Assembly: GCA_964016885.1 (NCBI GenBank)
Contig: OZ024755.1
Span: 41,168,001 to 41,232,000, forward strand
Reading direction: 5' to 3'
From: Eledone cirrhosa
Lineage: Eukaryota
DNA length: 64,000 nucleotides
Numbering within the stretch: position 1 is the first letter of the stretch; each line of letters opens with the position of its first letter. Position numbers and translations under genes: made by a program. Of the stretch, positions 13,248-27,596 are shown in pieces. The notes under the pieces were generated by a model that saw only the letters and a program-made list of their open reading frames with translations, did not search any database and was not told where the DNA came from.

Positions 13248-13338
13248 ACACACTCTCTCTCTCTCTCTGACACAAACTCTCTCTCTGACACTCTCTCTCT
13301 CTCTCTCTCTCTCTGACACACACGCTCTCTCTCTCTGA

Positions 13339-13375
<37 letters not shown>

Positions 13376-13382
13376 ACACACA

Positions 13383-13419
<37 letters not shown>

Positions 13420-13770
13420 ACACACTCTCTCACTCTCTCTCTCTCTGACACTCTCTCTCTCTCTCTCTCTCTGACACACACACTCTCTCTCTCTCTCTCT
13501 GACATACACTCTCTCACTCTCTCTCTCTCTCTCTCTCTCTCTGACACCCACTCTCTCTCTGTGACACACTCTCTCTCTCTGACACACACTCTCTCACTCT
13601 CTCTCTCTCTGACACCACCTCTCTCTCTCTGACACACACTCTCTCACTCTCTCTCTCTCTGACACACACACTCTCTCTCTCTGACACACACACTCACTCT
13701 CTCTCTGACACACACTCTCTCACTCTCTCTCTCTCTCTGACACACACACTCTCTCTCTCTGACACACACG

Positions 13771-13801
<31 letters not shown>

Positions 13802-13891
13802 ACCCACTCTCTCTCTCTGACACACTCTCTCTCTCTCTGACACACTCTCTCTCTCTGACACACACACTCTCTCTCTCTCTCTCTCTCTGAC

Positions 13892-13985
<94 letters not shown>

Positions 13986-14082
13986 TCTCTCTCTGACACA
14001 CACACTCTCTCTCACTCTGACACACTCTCTCTCTCTCTCTCTCTCTCTCTGACACACACACTCACTCTCTCTCTGACACACA

Positions 14083-14116
<34 letters not shown>

Positions 14117-14200
14117 GACACACACTCTCGCTCTCTCCCTCTCTATGACACTCTCTCTCTTTGACACACACTCTCTCTGACACTGTCTCTCTTTGACACA
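12680..14200. repeat. Degenerate (TG)n followed by compound (CT)n/GACACA microsatellite
   Basis: Direct inspection. Confidence 0.95.
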
Positions 14201-14384
14201 CTCTCTCTCCTCTACCTCTCTCTCACCCTCTCCCTCTCTCTCCCCCTTTCTCACCCCCCCCCCCTCCCTCTCATCCCCTCTCTCACCCTCCCCTCCTCTC
14301 CCACTCCCACTTTTCCACTCCTTATATTATGTCTTTCCGTTCTCCCGACGCGGTTTTGTTTTCCTGTTTTTCATTTTTTTCCTC

Positions 14385-15925
14385 GTCACCACCACCACCA
14401 CCAACACCATCACCACCACCACCAACACCATCACCACCACCACCAACACCATCACCACCACCACCAACACCATCACCACCACCATCATCACCACCACCAC
14501 CACCACCAACACCATCACCACCACCACCACCACCATCACCACCATCACCACCACTAATATCAGCACCATCACCCTCACCACCACCACCACCACTACCACC
14601 ATCACCAGCACCATCACCACCACCACCACCACCAACACCATCACCACCACCACCACCACCACCACCAACACCATCACCACCACCACCACCACCAATGCCA
14701 TCACCACCATCACCACCACCACCACCACCAACACCATCACCACCACCACCACCACCACCACCACCATCACCACCATCACCACCATCACCACCACCACCAT
14801 CACCATCACCACCACCACCATCACCATCCCCACCATCACCACCATCACCACCACCACCAACACCATCACCACCACCATCATCACCACCACCACCACCACC
14901 AACACCATCACCACCACCACCACCACCATCACCACCATCACCACCACTAATATCAGCACCATCACCCTCACCACCACCACCACCACCACCACCAACACCA
15001 TCACCACCACCACCACCAACACCATCACCACCACCACCACCACCACCACCAACACCATCACCACCACCACCACCACCAATGCCATCACCACCATCAGCAC
15101 CACCACCACCACCAACACCATCACCACCACCACCACCACCACCACCACCATCACCACCATCACCACCATCACCACCACCACCATCACCATCACCACCACC
15201 ACCATCACCATCCCCACCATCACCACCATCACCACTACCACCATCACCATCACCACCTCCACCACCATCACCACCATCACCACCACCACCATCACCACCA
15301 CCACCACCACCACCACCACCACCACCACCACCAACACCAACACCATCACCATCACCATCATCACCACCACCACCATCATCACCACCACCACCACCATCAC
15401 AACCATCACCATCACCATCATCACCACCATCAACACCACCACCACCATCACCACCATCACCATCATCACCACCATCACCACCACCACCACCATCACCACC
15501 ATCACCATCACCGCCACCATCACCATCACCACCATCACTATCACCACCATCACCACCATCACCACCATCACCACCATCACGATCATCACCACCATCCTCA
15601 CCATCCTCACCATCAACACCATCACCCCCATCACCATCAACACCATCACCCCCACCATCACCACCATCACGATCATCACCACCATCCTCACCATCCTCAC
15701 CATCAACACCATCACCCCCATCACCATCAACACCATCACCCCCACCATCACCACCATCACGATCATCACCACCATCCTCACCATCACCACCACAACCACC
15801 ATCAACACCATCACCCCATCACCACCACCATCATCACCATCACCATCACCACCATCAACACCATCACGATCATCTCCACTACCATCACCACCATCAACAC
15901 CCCCATCATCATCATCATCATCATC
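14385..15925. repeat. (CAC/CAT)n trinucleotide array with internal block duplications
   Basis: Direct inspection; the block containing actaatatcagcacc recurs at about 14553 and 14946. Confidence 0.95.
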
Positions 15926-16189
15926 TCCAACATTGCATTGATTGCCAGTATTAGTTGTGATGTAGCTGCTGCTGCTGCTGTTTCCATACAGACAACTTAG
16001 CGAACAAAAGATGGCGAGGAATGTTCAGTTGTGTAATGTCGACCTTTCTTGTGCAACACCGCCATTGAATGTGTCCGGTATATTCCATGCAAGGGTCGTA
16101 TGTAAAGAAGGTGTTCCAGGCCGTCTGTGAGGTCAAGGGGTCGAATGTATATCATGGCTAAAAATAGGGACAGTGTTAACAAGTAGATC

Positions 16190-17022
16190 CAACTCCTTCT
16201 CACTTTTCCCAAAGAAAGGAGATGGTTGATGGTAAGCTCTCCTCTTCCCAGCTTGTATCCTGCTTTCATTTTTCGCAATATGACGGACAGGAGTATCAGG
16301 GCAAAGACAAACAACAAAGGGCCAAACTATCTCTCTGGAAGATACTTCTCTTGATCTTCACGCCTCCCAAGGATTCTCCAGCTGATGTTAACTCTGTTTT
16401 CTAGGACTTCATACTTTTGCCCAACAACTGTCTGATGTTATCTGCCACCTTGAAGATCTCTAGGCTTTTGGTTATCCAAGAATGAGACAGCATGTCAAAT
16501 GCCTTTTTGTAATCTATCCATCCCATGGCAAGACCAGTGTGTCTCCTCTTGCAATTCCTTATTACCATCTTGTCAATAAGTAACTGGTCTCTTGTACCAT
16601 GGGACTTCTTTCGGCATCCTTTCTGTTCGAACGGTAACAAGTTGTTTGTGTGGAGGTGATGGTAGATTTCCTCAGACACAATGCTTGCCAACAGTTTCCA
16701 CATTACAGACAGACATGTAATAGGTCTATAGTTGGTAACATCATTACCCTTGATTCGGTCTTTCATTACCAGAACTGTGGTACCTTTTGTCAACTTCTCT
16801 GGTACTTCACCCGACACCAACCAGTCATTGAACATGTCTGTCAGTTTTGGGTGGAGGAATGTTATATTTTTTATCCAATATCCTTGCACATCATCTGGGC
16901 CTGGTGATTTCCAAGTTTCAATCGTGATACTCAACTGGTGTGCTTGTTCACTAATCTCCTTTTGAACTGTCTCAATCCACACTGCCTGACTATTTTGTTC
17001 AACATTCTGCTCCCATATTCCT
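16190..17022 (-). pseudogene. Non-LTR retrotransposon RT fragment, R4/Dong-like
   Basis: WKSPGPDDVQGYWIK, NYRPITCL, EQKGCRK.SHGTRDQLLID, WIDYKKAFD..SHSWI, then decayed GIFQGDSL-like and INHLL motifs. Confidence 0.85.
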
Positions 17023-17026
17023 CGCC

Positions 17027-17207
17027 TTGGCAGTATCGGTAGAGGGTTGGTCGCCATGCTTTGCAGCAAAGAGTTACGTCCCTTTACGATCTGAGTTAAA
17101 ATCCCGCCGAGGTTAACTTTGCATTTCATCCATAAGGGGTCGATAAAATAAAGTACCAGTAATGTACTGGGTAATTGCTGGCCCTGTACCAAAAGTAGAA
17201 ACAATTA
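17027..17207 (+). mobile_element. tRNA-derived SINE abutting the R4/Dong fragment
   Basis: Same family as 7818-8004. Confidence 0.85.
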
Positions 17208-17509
17208 TTATCCCAGCAACATATAATTTTCCTTTGATCCCCCCAAAGCCAAATAAATAAGAAGCAGTATTTAAATAAGAAACTGTTAAGAAAGCAACAG
17301 TGACTGGCTGACAATAGATGGAAGTTGAACAGATGAAGAGGACGCCATGTGGAGATATGTACCGGAAGCTATATCATCTATAAGGCAAAGCTACTGAGAT
17401 GAATGCGATAATATCTATAGAGGCTCAATATGTGAGATGCCACAAACACCTGTCTCAAGATACCAGCATCATCGTCGTCGTTATTGTTGTCATCGTCATC
17501 ATCATCATC

Positions 17510-17880
17510 ATCGTCACCATCATCATTACCACCACCACCAATACCGTTCAATTTTCCATGCTTGCGTGTTCTGGGGCCAGGTGACCACATCTAGGTCATA
17601 CGTTCCATTTTGGGCATTGTATCCACACTTGGAGGCCCTACCTAATGCTAACCACTTTACAGCTTATACTGGGAACATTTAAACGCGGCGCCAGCACTGC
17701 CACTTTACAGAGTGGGCAGGGTGCTTTTTATTTTAGCATCAATGCTACCACCATACCATAATATAGACTGGGACCATTTTATCGAAACACCAATACTACC
17801 ACATTACAGAGAGGGTTGGAGGCATTTTATCGTTGCATTAGCACTATTGCATTACAGCACTAGAGCACTGGTTGTGCACC
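17510..17880 (-). mobile_element. Degenerate SINE with (GAT)n tail
   Basis: Reverse complement resembles 21410-21588 (aggg..tcca, gcatggaaaa..ga) and ends in a (CAT)n tract. Confidence 0.5.
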
Positions 17881-17933
17881 TCGTTGGGCGAACACGAGCC
17901 AAGCAGATATAGAACATCTTTTTCAAAGTACAT

Positions 17934-18445
17934 TTGAATGAAAGAAAGAAAGCCAAAGTTGACTTTGGCCAGATTGGAACTCAGAGAGCAGATAGCCGAA
18001 ACAAATACCGCAAAACATTCCATCAGATGCTCTCACGACACGGTCAATTCGTCGCCTTAATAGTTGTTTCTACTTTTGGCACAAGGCCAGCAATTATCCC
18101 AGTTCATTACTGGTACTTTATTTTATCGACCTCGTAAGGATGAAAGACAAAGTTAACCTCGGCGGGATTTGAACTCAGATCATAAAGGGACGTAACTCTA
18201 TGCTTCAAAGCATGGCGTCCGACTCTCTACCGAAACTGCCAATCCACCGCCATAATAAATAATTGTTTCTACTTTAGGCACAAGGCCAGCAATTACCCAG
18301 TGAATTACTGGTACTTTATTTTATCGACCCCGTAAGGATGAAAGGCAAAGTCAACCTCGGCGGGATTTGAACTCAGATCGTAAAGGGACGTAACTATGCT
18401 GGAAAGCATGGTGTCTGACCCTCTACCGATACTGCCAATCCATAA
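17934..18445 (-). mobile_element. Three tRNA-derived SINE copies on the minus strand
   Basis: Reverse complements of 8011-8128 and 7818-8004, plus a third copy at 18260-18445. Confidence 0.85.
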
Positions 18446-18502
18446 ATAATGCTTCTCTTTATGTAAATAGCCATTCACTATGTGATTCACAGGATTATAA
18501 TT

Positions 18503-19770
18503 ATAGTATACAAATTATATATATATAGTATACAAATTATATATACAGAGTATACAAATTATATATATATAGTATACAAATTATATATATATAGTATACA
18601 AATTATATATACAGAGTATACAAATTATATATATATAGTATACAAATTATATATATATAGTATACAAATTATATATACAGAGTATACAAATTATATATAT
18701 ATAGTATACAAATTATATATATATAGTATACAAATTATATATACAGAGTATACAAATTATATATATATAGTATACAAATTATATATATATAGTATACAAA
18801 TTATATATACAGAGTATACAAATTATATATATATAGTATACAAATTATATATATATAGTATACAAATTATATATACAGAGTATACAAATTATATATATAT
18901 AGTATACAAATTATATATATACATAGTATACAAATTATATATATATAGTATACAAATTATATATACATAGTATACAAATTATATATACAGAGTATACAAA
19001 TTATATATATATAGTATACAAATTATATATACAGAGTATACAAATTATATATATATAGTATACAAATTATATATATATAGTATACAAATTATATATATAT
19101 AGTATACAAATTATATATATATATAGTATACAAATTATATATACAGAGTATACAAATTATATATATATAGTATACAAATTATATATACATAGTATACAAA
19201 TTATATATACAGAGCATACAAATTATATATACAGAGTATACAAATTATATATATATAGTATATAAATTATATATACAGAGTATACAAATTATATATATAT
19301 AGTATACAAATTATATATACAGAGTATACAAATTATATATATATAGTATACAAATTATATATATATATATTATAGAAATTATATATATATATAGTATACA
19401 AATTATATATACAGAGTATACAAATTATATATATATAGTATACAAATTATATATATATAGTATACAAATTATATATATATAGTATACAAATTATATATAC
19501 AGAGTATACAAATTATATATATATAGTATACAAATTATATATACATAGTATACAAATTATATATACAGAGTATACAAATTATATATATATAGTATACAAA
19601 TTATATATATATAGTATACAAATTATATATACAGAGTATACAAATTATATATATATATATAGTATACAAATTATATATATATAGTATACAAATTATATAT
19701 ACAGAGTATACAAATTATATATATATAGTATACAAATTATATATAGTATACAAATTATATATATATATGT
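18503..19770. repeat. 22-bp AT-rich minisatellite (agtatacaaattatatatatat / ...acag) with 66-bp higher-order repeat in its left part
   Basis: The ORF 18482-18970 translation repeats every 22 aa. Confidence 0.95.
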
Positions 19771-19786
19771 ATATGGTATACAATTA

Positions 19787-19850
<64 letters not shown>

Positions 19851-19952
19851 ATAATAATAAATTTGAAGACTAAAATCCAAAGAGGGCTCGATAAGGATAA
19901 ATATATATCAAATATATAAGAACCGTAGAGCAAACTTTAATCTGTTATTTTA

Positions 19953-20025
<73 letters not shown>

Positions 20026-20288
20026 AAAAAGGGATGAAATCGAAAATGCAACTGAAGTCTTATTTTTTTTTTAAATATATATATTTATTTGGTTCCTTTA
20101 CCGGTTTCGCAGTTCTTCTGCTTTTCAAAAGGTGAGTTGAGATGGAGGGTCTGTGGTTTTTCTCACATATATATATATATTTCCCAGTCTACTACCCTAA
20201 GTATTCTGTACTCTGGTGCGTTATGGTCCATCTGGTTCCTTACCACACTTCCTTTGTTATATATATATATACAGTATATATATATACA

Positions 20289-20401
<113 letters not shown>

Positions 20402-20415
20402 TATATATATATACA

Positions 20416-20480
<65 letters not shown>

Positions 20481-20629
20481 ATATAATATATTAATAAATG
20501 GAAACTATATTTATAAATATAGTTTCCATTTATTAATATATTGTGTACTTACTCCACTAACTTGTTGAGTTCTTTATATCAGTTATAACATTTTTTATAA
20601 CCTCTGCATATACTGTATATATATATATA

Positions 20630-20900
20630 TTTAATTTTATTTCATTCCTTGTATTTTGATCATGCTTTATTTTTATTTTTATTTTTATTTTTAATTTCAT
20701 TCGCACCGTTTCCTTTCGCTATATGTCTCTCCACCACTCCCCTACACACCCTTTGAACTCTGTTCCCACACACTTCTCACCTGAGGAAGGGCTTATGCCC
20801 GAAACGTCGTTCCCCACCACCACCTCACTCTCCAGAGCGTGAAATTAATAAACATTCGTTGTACTGCCTCTCTGTTTTGTTCCTGTTCAAATTTTTCCAT
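20630..20900 (+). mobile_element. Solo pLTR of the Neptune-like PLE, with minimal HHR at 20778-20811
   Basis: Reverse complement of 32777-33030; cac-CTGAGGA-gggc ttat gccc-GAAACGUC. Confidence 0.75.
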
Positions 20901-20948
20901 TATATATATATATATATATATATATAGTATATATATATATATATATAT

Positions 20949-21185
20949 GGCCACGTGATGCGCATGAAAGACGACAGCTGTATAAAAAAGTGCAGGGCGA
21001 TCAAAATTGATGGTAGTTACGGAGTAGGTAGACCCAGAAAAACCTGGGATGATCTGATAAATTCCGACCTTACACACTTGCACCTCTCTAAGACAATGTC
21101 ACTGGACCGAGATCATTGGCGCTACGCAGTAATACAGAAGACCCGCCTTGCCTATGTACAAAGCGAAACCTACAGTCAGTAGGCA
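20949..21185 (+). pseudogene. RTE-like LINE C-terminal fragment
   Basis: GHVMRM...GRPRKTW...D...DRDHWR motif. Confidence 0.75.
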
Positions 21186-21409
21186 CCTCTTAACCAAATA
21201 TACACCCCAATCCACTACCCCCTACCCTATCCTCCCACTCCCACCACCACCACCCTCTCTCTATAAAGTTGGTACCACAACAAGCAGTCCAAATAAATGA
21301 GATAAATGAGATCGAGATCGTGTAGGTGTCACAAGAAAAAAACACACAGTCCACGCTGTAATGTGGCAGTGTAGGTAACACGGTAAAAAGTTCCCAGTCC
21401 ACACTGTAA

Positions 21410-21556
21410 ATGTGGTTGGTGTTAGGAAGGGCATCCAGCCGTATAAAACCTGCCAGATAGTCCTATATGAGCGAGACACGGTCACCCGACCAACCATGCC
21501 TCAAGTGGGACAACTCCCGTCTAACCCATGCTAGCGTGGAAAGTGGACGTTAAACG

Positions 21557-21588
<32 letters not shown>
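21410..21588 (+). mobile_element. SINE 3' part with (GAT)n tail (duplicate at 27418-27596)
   Basis: GTTAGGAAGGGCATCCAGCCGTA...AACCCATGCTAGCGTGGAAAGTGGACGTTAAACGA(TGA)n. Confidence 0.7.
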
Positions 21589-21619
21589 ATATATATATAG
21601 TATACAATTATATATATAA

Positions 21620-22470
21620 TGGGGATTTACATAAATAAACAGAAATACAAGTAACAAAAATAGATGAGAACACTACCCAGGGGTAATTTAAGGACCTCAC
21701 AGATCCCACAACCACCAAGAGCACCATAGGAAGCTGCCCTTCACTCCTCTCTTCTCTCATACAGGTGCATGTTTGCAGTCATATGGGCCATTCTTGCTAC
21801 ATTTACCCACCTTTTTTAACTAATATACTGGGGAAACACTTTTTTCTCCACCCTCACCTTCCTTTTCGAGTGGAATTTGAAAAATGTCGATGAAGGCTTG
21901 GCAGTCTCGTCCACTACACAACCTCTTTCACCATAGCCACCAGTTAGGAAAACTGATTGCCCTTCCTGGCATAAAGAATGCAGTGGAGAGATCTTCCCGA
22001 TGGTGTCAATCGATAGCCGGATCCGTCCTACACGTGACAATAACTGTTCGACAAAGCACCACAAATCATCACAGACATTAGACGAGTGTGTGCAGAACGG
22101 TTTCATTACTTTAGGTGTATCTTGGACATGCCAATATGATATTACTTCCGTGCCTGTAGAGCACATGATAGCACCCCACCCCCCTCCGAGCCAGCAGTAA
22201 CCTTGCTCCCGGTAGCACTGCCAGGCCAGGGATTTCTGGAAGTTGTATACAGATCCCAGCCCGAAAGTCCTCTGAAATAGACTGGACAGTTTTGAGGTCG
22301 ATAAATAAAGTATCAATTAGGGATTGATTCTTCATCTATTTACCTTTCTCTGGAGAGAATCGGCTGTGCCTAGACATGGAGAATGATGGACTCCGCCAGG
22401 TTTAAATGCGCAAGACGATAGGTAATGATAGTGACCCTACGACCCTGTTATCAATTCAGGACCCTGGTTC
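21620..22470 (-). pseudogene. L1/Tx1-like LINE 3' fragment, zinc-knuckle region (duplicate at 27628-28478)
   Basis: Across frameshifts: KSLAWQCYR, LYRHG..ACPR..ETVLH..VEC..DLW.FVEQLL (CCHC/zf-RVT pattern). Confidence 0.65.
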
Positions 22471-22919
22471 TATTGATTACTACTTTACATTCTATTATTG
22501 TTGTGATTATCTTATCAGTTCAAACTGAAGCCAACCAGTACTTTCTCGGTATGTCTTTAAGAAATACCGAGAGAGTACTAATTGAAGAGTTTAAACAACT
22601 TCCCTATCAAACTGTCTTATTCCAATTGGCTAAAAGAACTGCAAAATATGAGATAAACCATTCAATATAAACGCAAATGATAAAGCTAGCTAAGGAAGTG
22701 ATAAATAAATCCAGCACTGATAACAATTTAACATATGTCTCTTTTCTCAGCATTTATTAGTCTAGTAATATATAATAGGTAACATGTTAACGTACATGTT
22801 ACATTTCAGAAAAGGATTTAGCTAAGAATGCTATCTATCTGTAAGTAGAGGTTTCTTTACATATTCTACATCTTGTTCTTGGGTTAATACTGGCCGACAA
22901 CTATCACAGTTATCAAAGT

Positions 22920-23118
<199 letters not shown>

Positions 23119-23219
23119 GATAATTCCGAAGGTAAAGCAAAGGAAAAAAGAGTGCTCTATGTATAGAACAGAGCTATTTAATTAGAAAGTGAACAACACA
23201 AGATATAACTACTCCGTTA

Positions 23220-23290
23220 CCATTAGTCTGATGACCGATCCAGGCGTATAATAATAGTGTCTGGGATCCAGAAACCTTTGGTAATGGCGT
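23220..23290 (+). ncRNA. Hammerhead motif CTGATGA...GAAACC-TTT-GGUA (related copies 26170-26228, 29198-29253, 29281-29339)
   Basis: Canonical core, paired stem II, 3-bp stem III ACC/GGT, GUA triplet; stem I is weak. Confidence 0.6.
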
Positions 23291-23675
23291 AGTTATATTT
23301 TGTATTGATCACTTTCTAATTAAATATATATATATTTATATAGATTTATATAGATTTATATAGATTTATATATATCAGATTGGTGGCGGTAAAAAACAGT
23401 TAGACTATTATTCATCAGAGTACTCGATACTTGGGCTAGTAGAGCCCTTTTCTCTTATGTCTTGCCGCCAAGAGTGTAATAAAACTAGATAATTTAAGAC
23501 ATTTATCGGGGTAGAACAGGACTAAAACTATCTTTACAAAGACGTACGTTTGAACAAATGTAAAACCTTCCCCGATCACTCACCACTCCCGGAAAAAAAC
23601 AAAAAACAAAATAACAAGAGAACTTTAAAGATCATTTTTTTTTTTGCATAGACTGTTTGCCCATATATGGACTAT

Positions 23676-23771
23676 ACCTCCTGAGGAGATCAGCTAGATT
23701 CCCGCCGCTCGAATACCGACGCTTTAGTTCGGATCTAGCTGTTGAAACGGCCGGAGCTCAGCCGTCCGGGT
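23676..23771 (+). ncRNA. Type I hammerhead ribozyme motif, canonical core
   Basis: acctc-CTGAGGA-cagctagat/atctagctg-GAA-ACGGC-cggagctca-GCCGT-C-cgggt. Confidence 0.75.
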
Positions 23772-23878
23772 GCTGGAATTTTTCATATATATATAAGATC
23801 CGCATAAAGTGAAACAATTGTTCTCGGATTGGTGAACTAACTGTTCTGTTACTACTTATATATATATACACACATACG

Positions 23879-23942
<64 letters not shown>

Positions 23943-24077
23943 AAAAGAGTGGGGGCACCGACGGCTGAGCTCCGACCATCGGGGTCCTGACTTTTTCCCT
24001 AATACCCACTCTACTAGCCTAAGTATCGAGTACTCGGTGCGCTATATTCCACCTGGTTTCTTACCACACTTTCTTTG

Positions 24078-24105
<28 letters not shown>

Positions 24106-24113
<8 letters not shown>

Positions 24114-24890
24114 AATATGGGGAGAAGAATACTGCATGGTTGCACATGGATAACATGTTATAAAATGAGTCCCTCATCAGTGATTTGCCAACGATCATTG
24201 GTATTTCATCGCATTAAAAATCATATACCTCACGTCGGTGCGAAAATAAGTTATTAGGACAATTGAAACGCGTAAAGCGAGTGAGACAAGTAAACAACAC
24301 AGGGGAAAGCTAACTGAAGATGGAAAGAAACACAAGCTACATGGTTATTCTATCAGTATAAGCTGGGTGAATATATGTGCGAGTTAGAAACAGACCTTCC
24401 GCTAGTGAATCCGATGTTAGAAAGAAGGAAAATCGTTTTCGTAGCGAACGGGAGGAAGTAAGAAGGGGAGAAACAGAGAGTGAGTGAGTGGAAGTGCGAG
24501 GAAGAGGTCAGTAGAGAGAAAGTGTTAACTGACATGACAGAGGGGACGAAAGAAAGTAAGAGAAACAGAGAGAACGAGGGAGCAGTAAGAGAGAAAGAGA
24601 GAAACACAGAATCGCAGTTTAGGTAAATATATGAAAAATATGGGGAGAAGAATACTGCATGGTTGCACATAGATAACATGTTATAAAATGAGTCCCTCAT
24701 CAGTGATTTGCCAACGATCATTGGTATTTCATCGCATTAAAAATCATATACCTCACGTCGGTGCGAAAATAACTAAAATAAGTTATTAGGACAATTGAAA
24801 CGCGTAAAGCGAGTGAGACAAGTAAACAACACAGGGGAAAGCTAACCGAAAATGGAAAGAAACACAAGCAACATGGTTATTCTATCAGCA
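24106..24890. repeat. Direct repeat pair of about 250 bp (24106-24356 / 24629-24887), pLTR-like; related copy at 34515-34630
   Basis: Near-identical direct repeats flanking a purine-rich spacer, embedded in (TA)n. Confidence 0.75.
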
Positions 24891-25154
24891 CATATATATA
24901 TCAGCATATATATATATAAGTTCCATTCAAATCAATGATCATAGGTAAAAAGTAAAATGGAAAAAAGCACTGGGGTATATTTAATGATTTCTTTTCTTTA
25001 ATCCAATCGGATAGATGTTGGTACATTAAATTAATTTCAGTTACATTAAATATTACCTTCGATTGGTATGTCGATCTCATCAAATATCTAAAATGTTTGT
25101 TCTTATATTCTTGTGGCCAGTTAGAACATATGGGAATGTTCTCTCAAACCCTCT

Positions 25155-25192
<38 letters not shown>

Positions 25193-25310
25193 AAGAGATA
25201 TGTATCATAAGAATGGAGGGGAGAGAAAAAAGAGTGATACAGTATACTAGACGCCAACACGTAAGATGTAAAGCTTGTTTTTAAAGGTATCGCTTTCTCC
25301 ATTTATTCTG

Positions 25311-25367
<57 letters not shown>

Positions 25368-25500
25368 GATATATTAACAAATGGAAACAATATTTATAAA
25401 ACCAATATATCGTATTTTTACTCCAATAATTTGTTAAGTGCTTTATATCAGTTATAAAAATATTTGCTTGTTGTATCCCAACAATTTAAATAGAACTTCT

Positions 25501-25578
<78 letters not shown>

Positions 25579-25765
25579 TTTACGAAGGAGGGAGGTGAAG
25601 GTGGCAGTGGTGTCCAACAGGTCAGGGTTCAATGGATTTAATAAAAAATTCTCTCCATTTAAATGGAAAGTTCCTCTTCAATTAAGAATACAATATACGC
25701 CAGTTCTTTTTCATTTTTACTTTTCACCTATACATATCACACACACACATATAAATACATACATA

Positions 25766-25874
<109 letters not shown>

Positions 25875-25879
25875 GTATG

Positions 25880-25911
<32 letters not shown>

Positions 25912-26260
25912 TTTATATATATATATATAGATGAAGTGTTTCCGTAGGAAAGGTAAAGGAAAAGAGAGTGCTCTATGTAGGCTGCACAGCTTTTTAGTTA
26001 TGTAATAACTAATTCATTTACCAAAGGTTTCATCATCAGAAATAATTTATTAAATTAATTTATTTTCCCCCCTTTATTTTATGTCCGTTATTTTATTCCA
26101 GCCTCACTTTCATTTATTCTAAACTCGGTTTTCAAATCCATATCTCTCCTCCATTTTAATAAATTATTTCTGATGATTGAAGGCAGACGTAAATATCAAG
26201 CTCGTATGTCTTCGTGAAACCTTTGGTAAATGAATTAATTATCTTATGTTGTTTATTACA

Positions 26261-26308
<48 letters not shown>

Positions 26309-26321
26309 AAAAAAAGGAAAA

Positions 26322-26886
26322 GAATGACTTCACTTCTGGTTCTAAACAATTTGATTAAATTTTATAATATTATAATAGTATGAGTTGGTAGATCTAGTAA
26401 GTTCTTTGTTAACTTCGGTGGGAAGATTTTTAAAGATTCCTGGTTAACTTTCTTGGAGAACTTTCTCGCATTCTTCGGTGGCGATTGTCAAACTGAGATC
26501 AGGTTGTGTTGAGATGTGAGACTCTATATATCAGAGAGATTTGGATGTGTCTGGGGGATGTGGTGTGGTGTTAATGAGTGTGAGAGTGAAGGAATGTTGA
26601 TGAAGATTTAAAGGAATTAAAGCATACACACACACACATGCACACACACACACAGAAAATGGTGTAGTTTGACAGCATGATAAGAGTGTTGAAGAAGGGG
26701 GCTGTAAAAGCCCCCCCCCCCTGCTGGTTCCATTTCAATAGATGACCTGATCTCCAAGAAAGTTAACCAGTAATCTTTAAAGATCTTCCCACCGAAGTTA
26801 ACAAAGAACTTACTAGATCTACCAACTCATAATATTATAATATAAAATTAAATCAAATTGTTTAGAACTTCAAGTGAAGTCATTCG
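26322..26886. mobile_element. Element with ~135-bp terminal inverted repeats (duplicate at 29423-29987)
   Basis: 26322-26459 is the reverse complement of 26751-26886; left end lies just inside a (TA)n tract. Confidence 0.7.
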
Positions 26887-26939
26887 TTTCCTTTGTTTCA
26901 AATATACCTAACTGTACCAAGGACCTCACACATTTTCCA

Positions 26940-27080
<141 letters not shown>

Positions 27081-27564
27081 GTTAAAGATGTACATCCATA
27101 TATGTATACTGAAATACTAGTATGTATATGAATACACACACGTATACATATGTAGATGTACCAAGTTTTTTCACTGGTCACTTTACTGTGAGTGGCCAGC
27201 TATTCTGTATGTAAACACACAGACAAACCGGTTTTTAGAGTCATACTGGTTTTTGAGGAAACACCTTTCCTCTATTCTCCAGAAAGCCAGACAAGGAATA
27301 TTGAACTGAGATAATGAGATCGAGATCGTGTAGGTGTCACAAGAAAAAAACACACAGTCCACGCTGTAATGTGGCAGTGTAGGTAACACGGTAAAAAGTT
27401 CCCAGTCCACACTGTAAATGTGGTTGGTGTTAGGAAGGGCATCCAGCCGTATAAAACCTGCCAGATAGTCCTATATGAGCGAGACACGGTCACCCGACCA
27501 ACCATGCCTCAAGTGGGACAACTCCCGTCTAACCCATGCTAGCGTGGAAAGTGGACGTTAAACG

Positions 27565-27596
<32 letters not shown>

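Noticed and set aside
14193-15954. 495-582 aa Thr-, Pro- or Val-rich ORFs resembling mucin or extensin
   Set aside because: Translations of a (CAC/CAT)n array open in several frames on both strands; no convincing splice sites or unique domain.
22751-22778. Possible 28-nt micro-exon (tctcag...gtaaca), duplicated near 28759
   Set aside because: Not a multiple of three and would break the reading frame between the two flanking coding exons.
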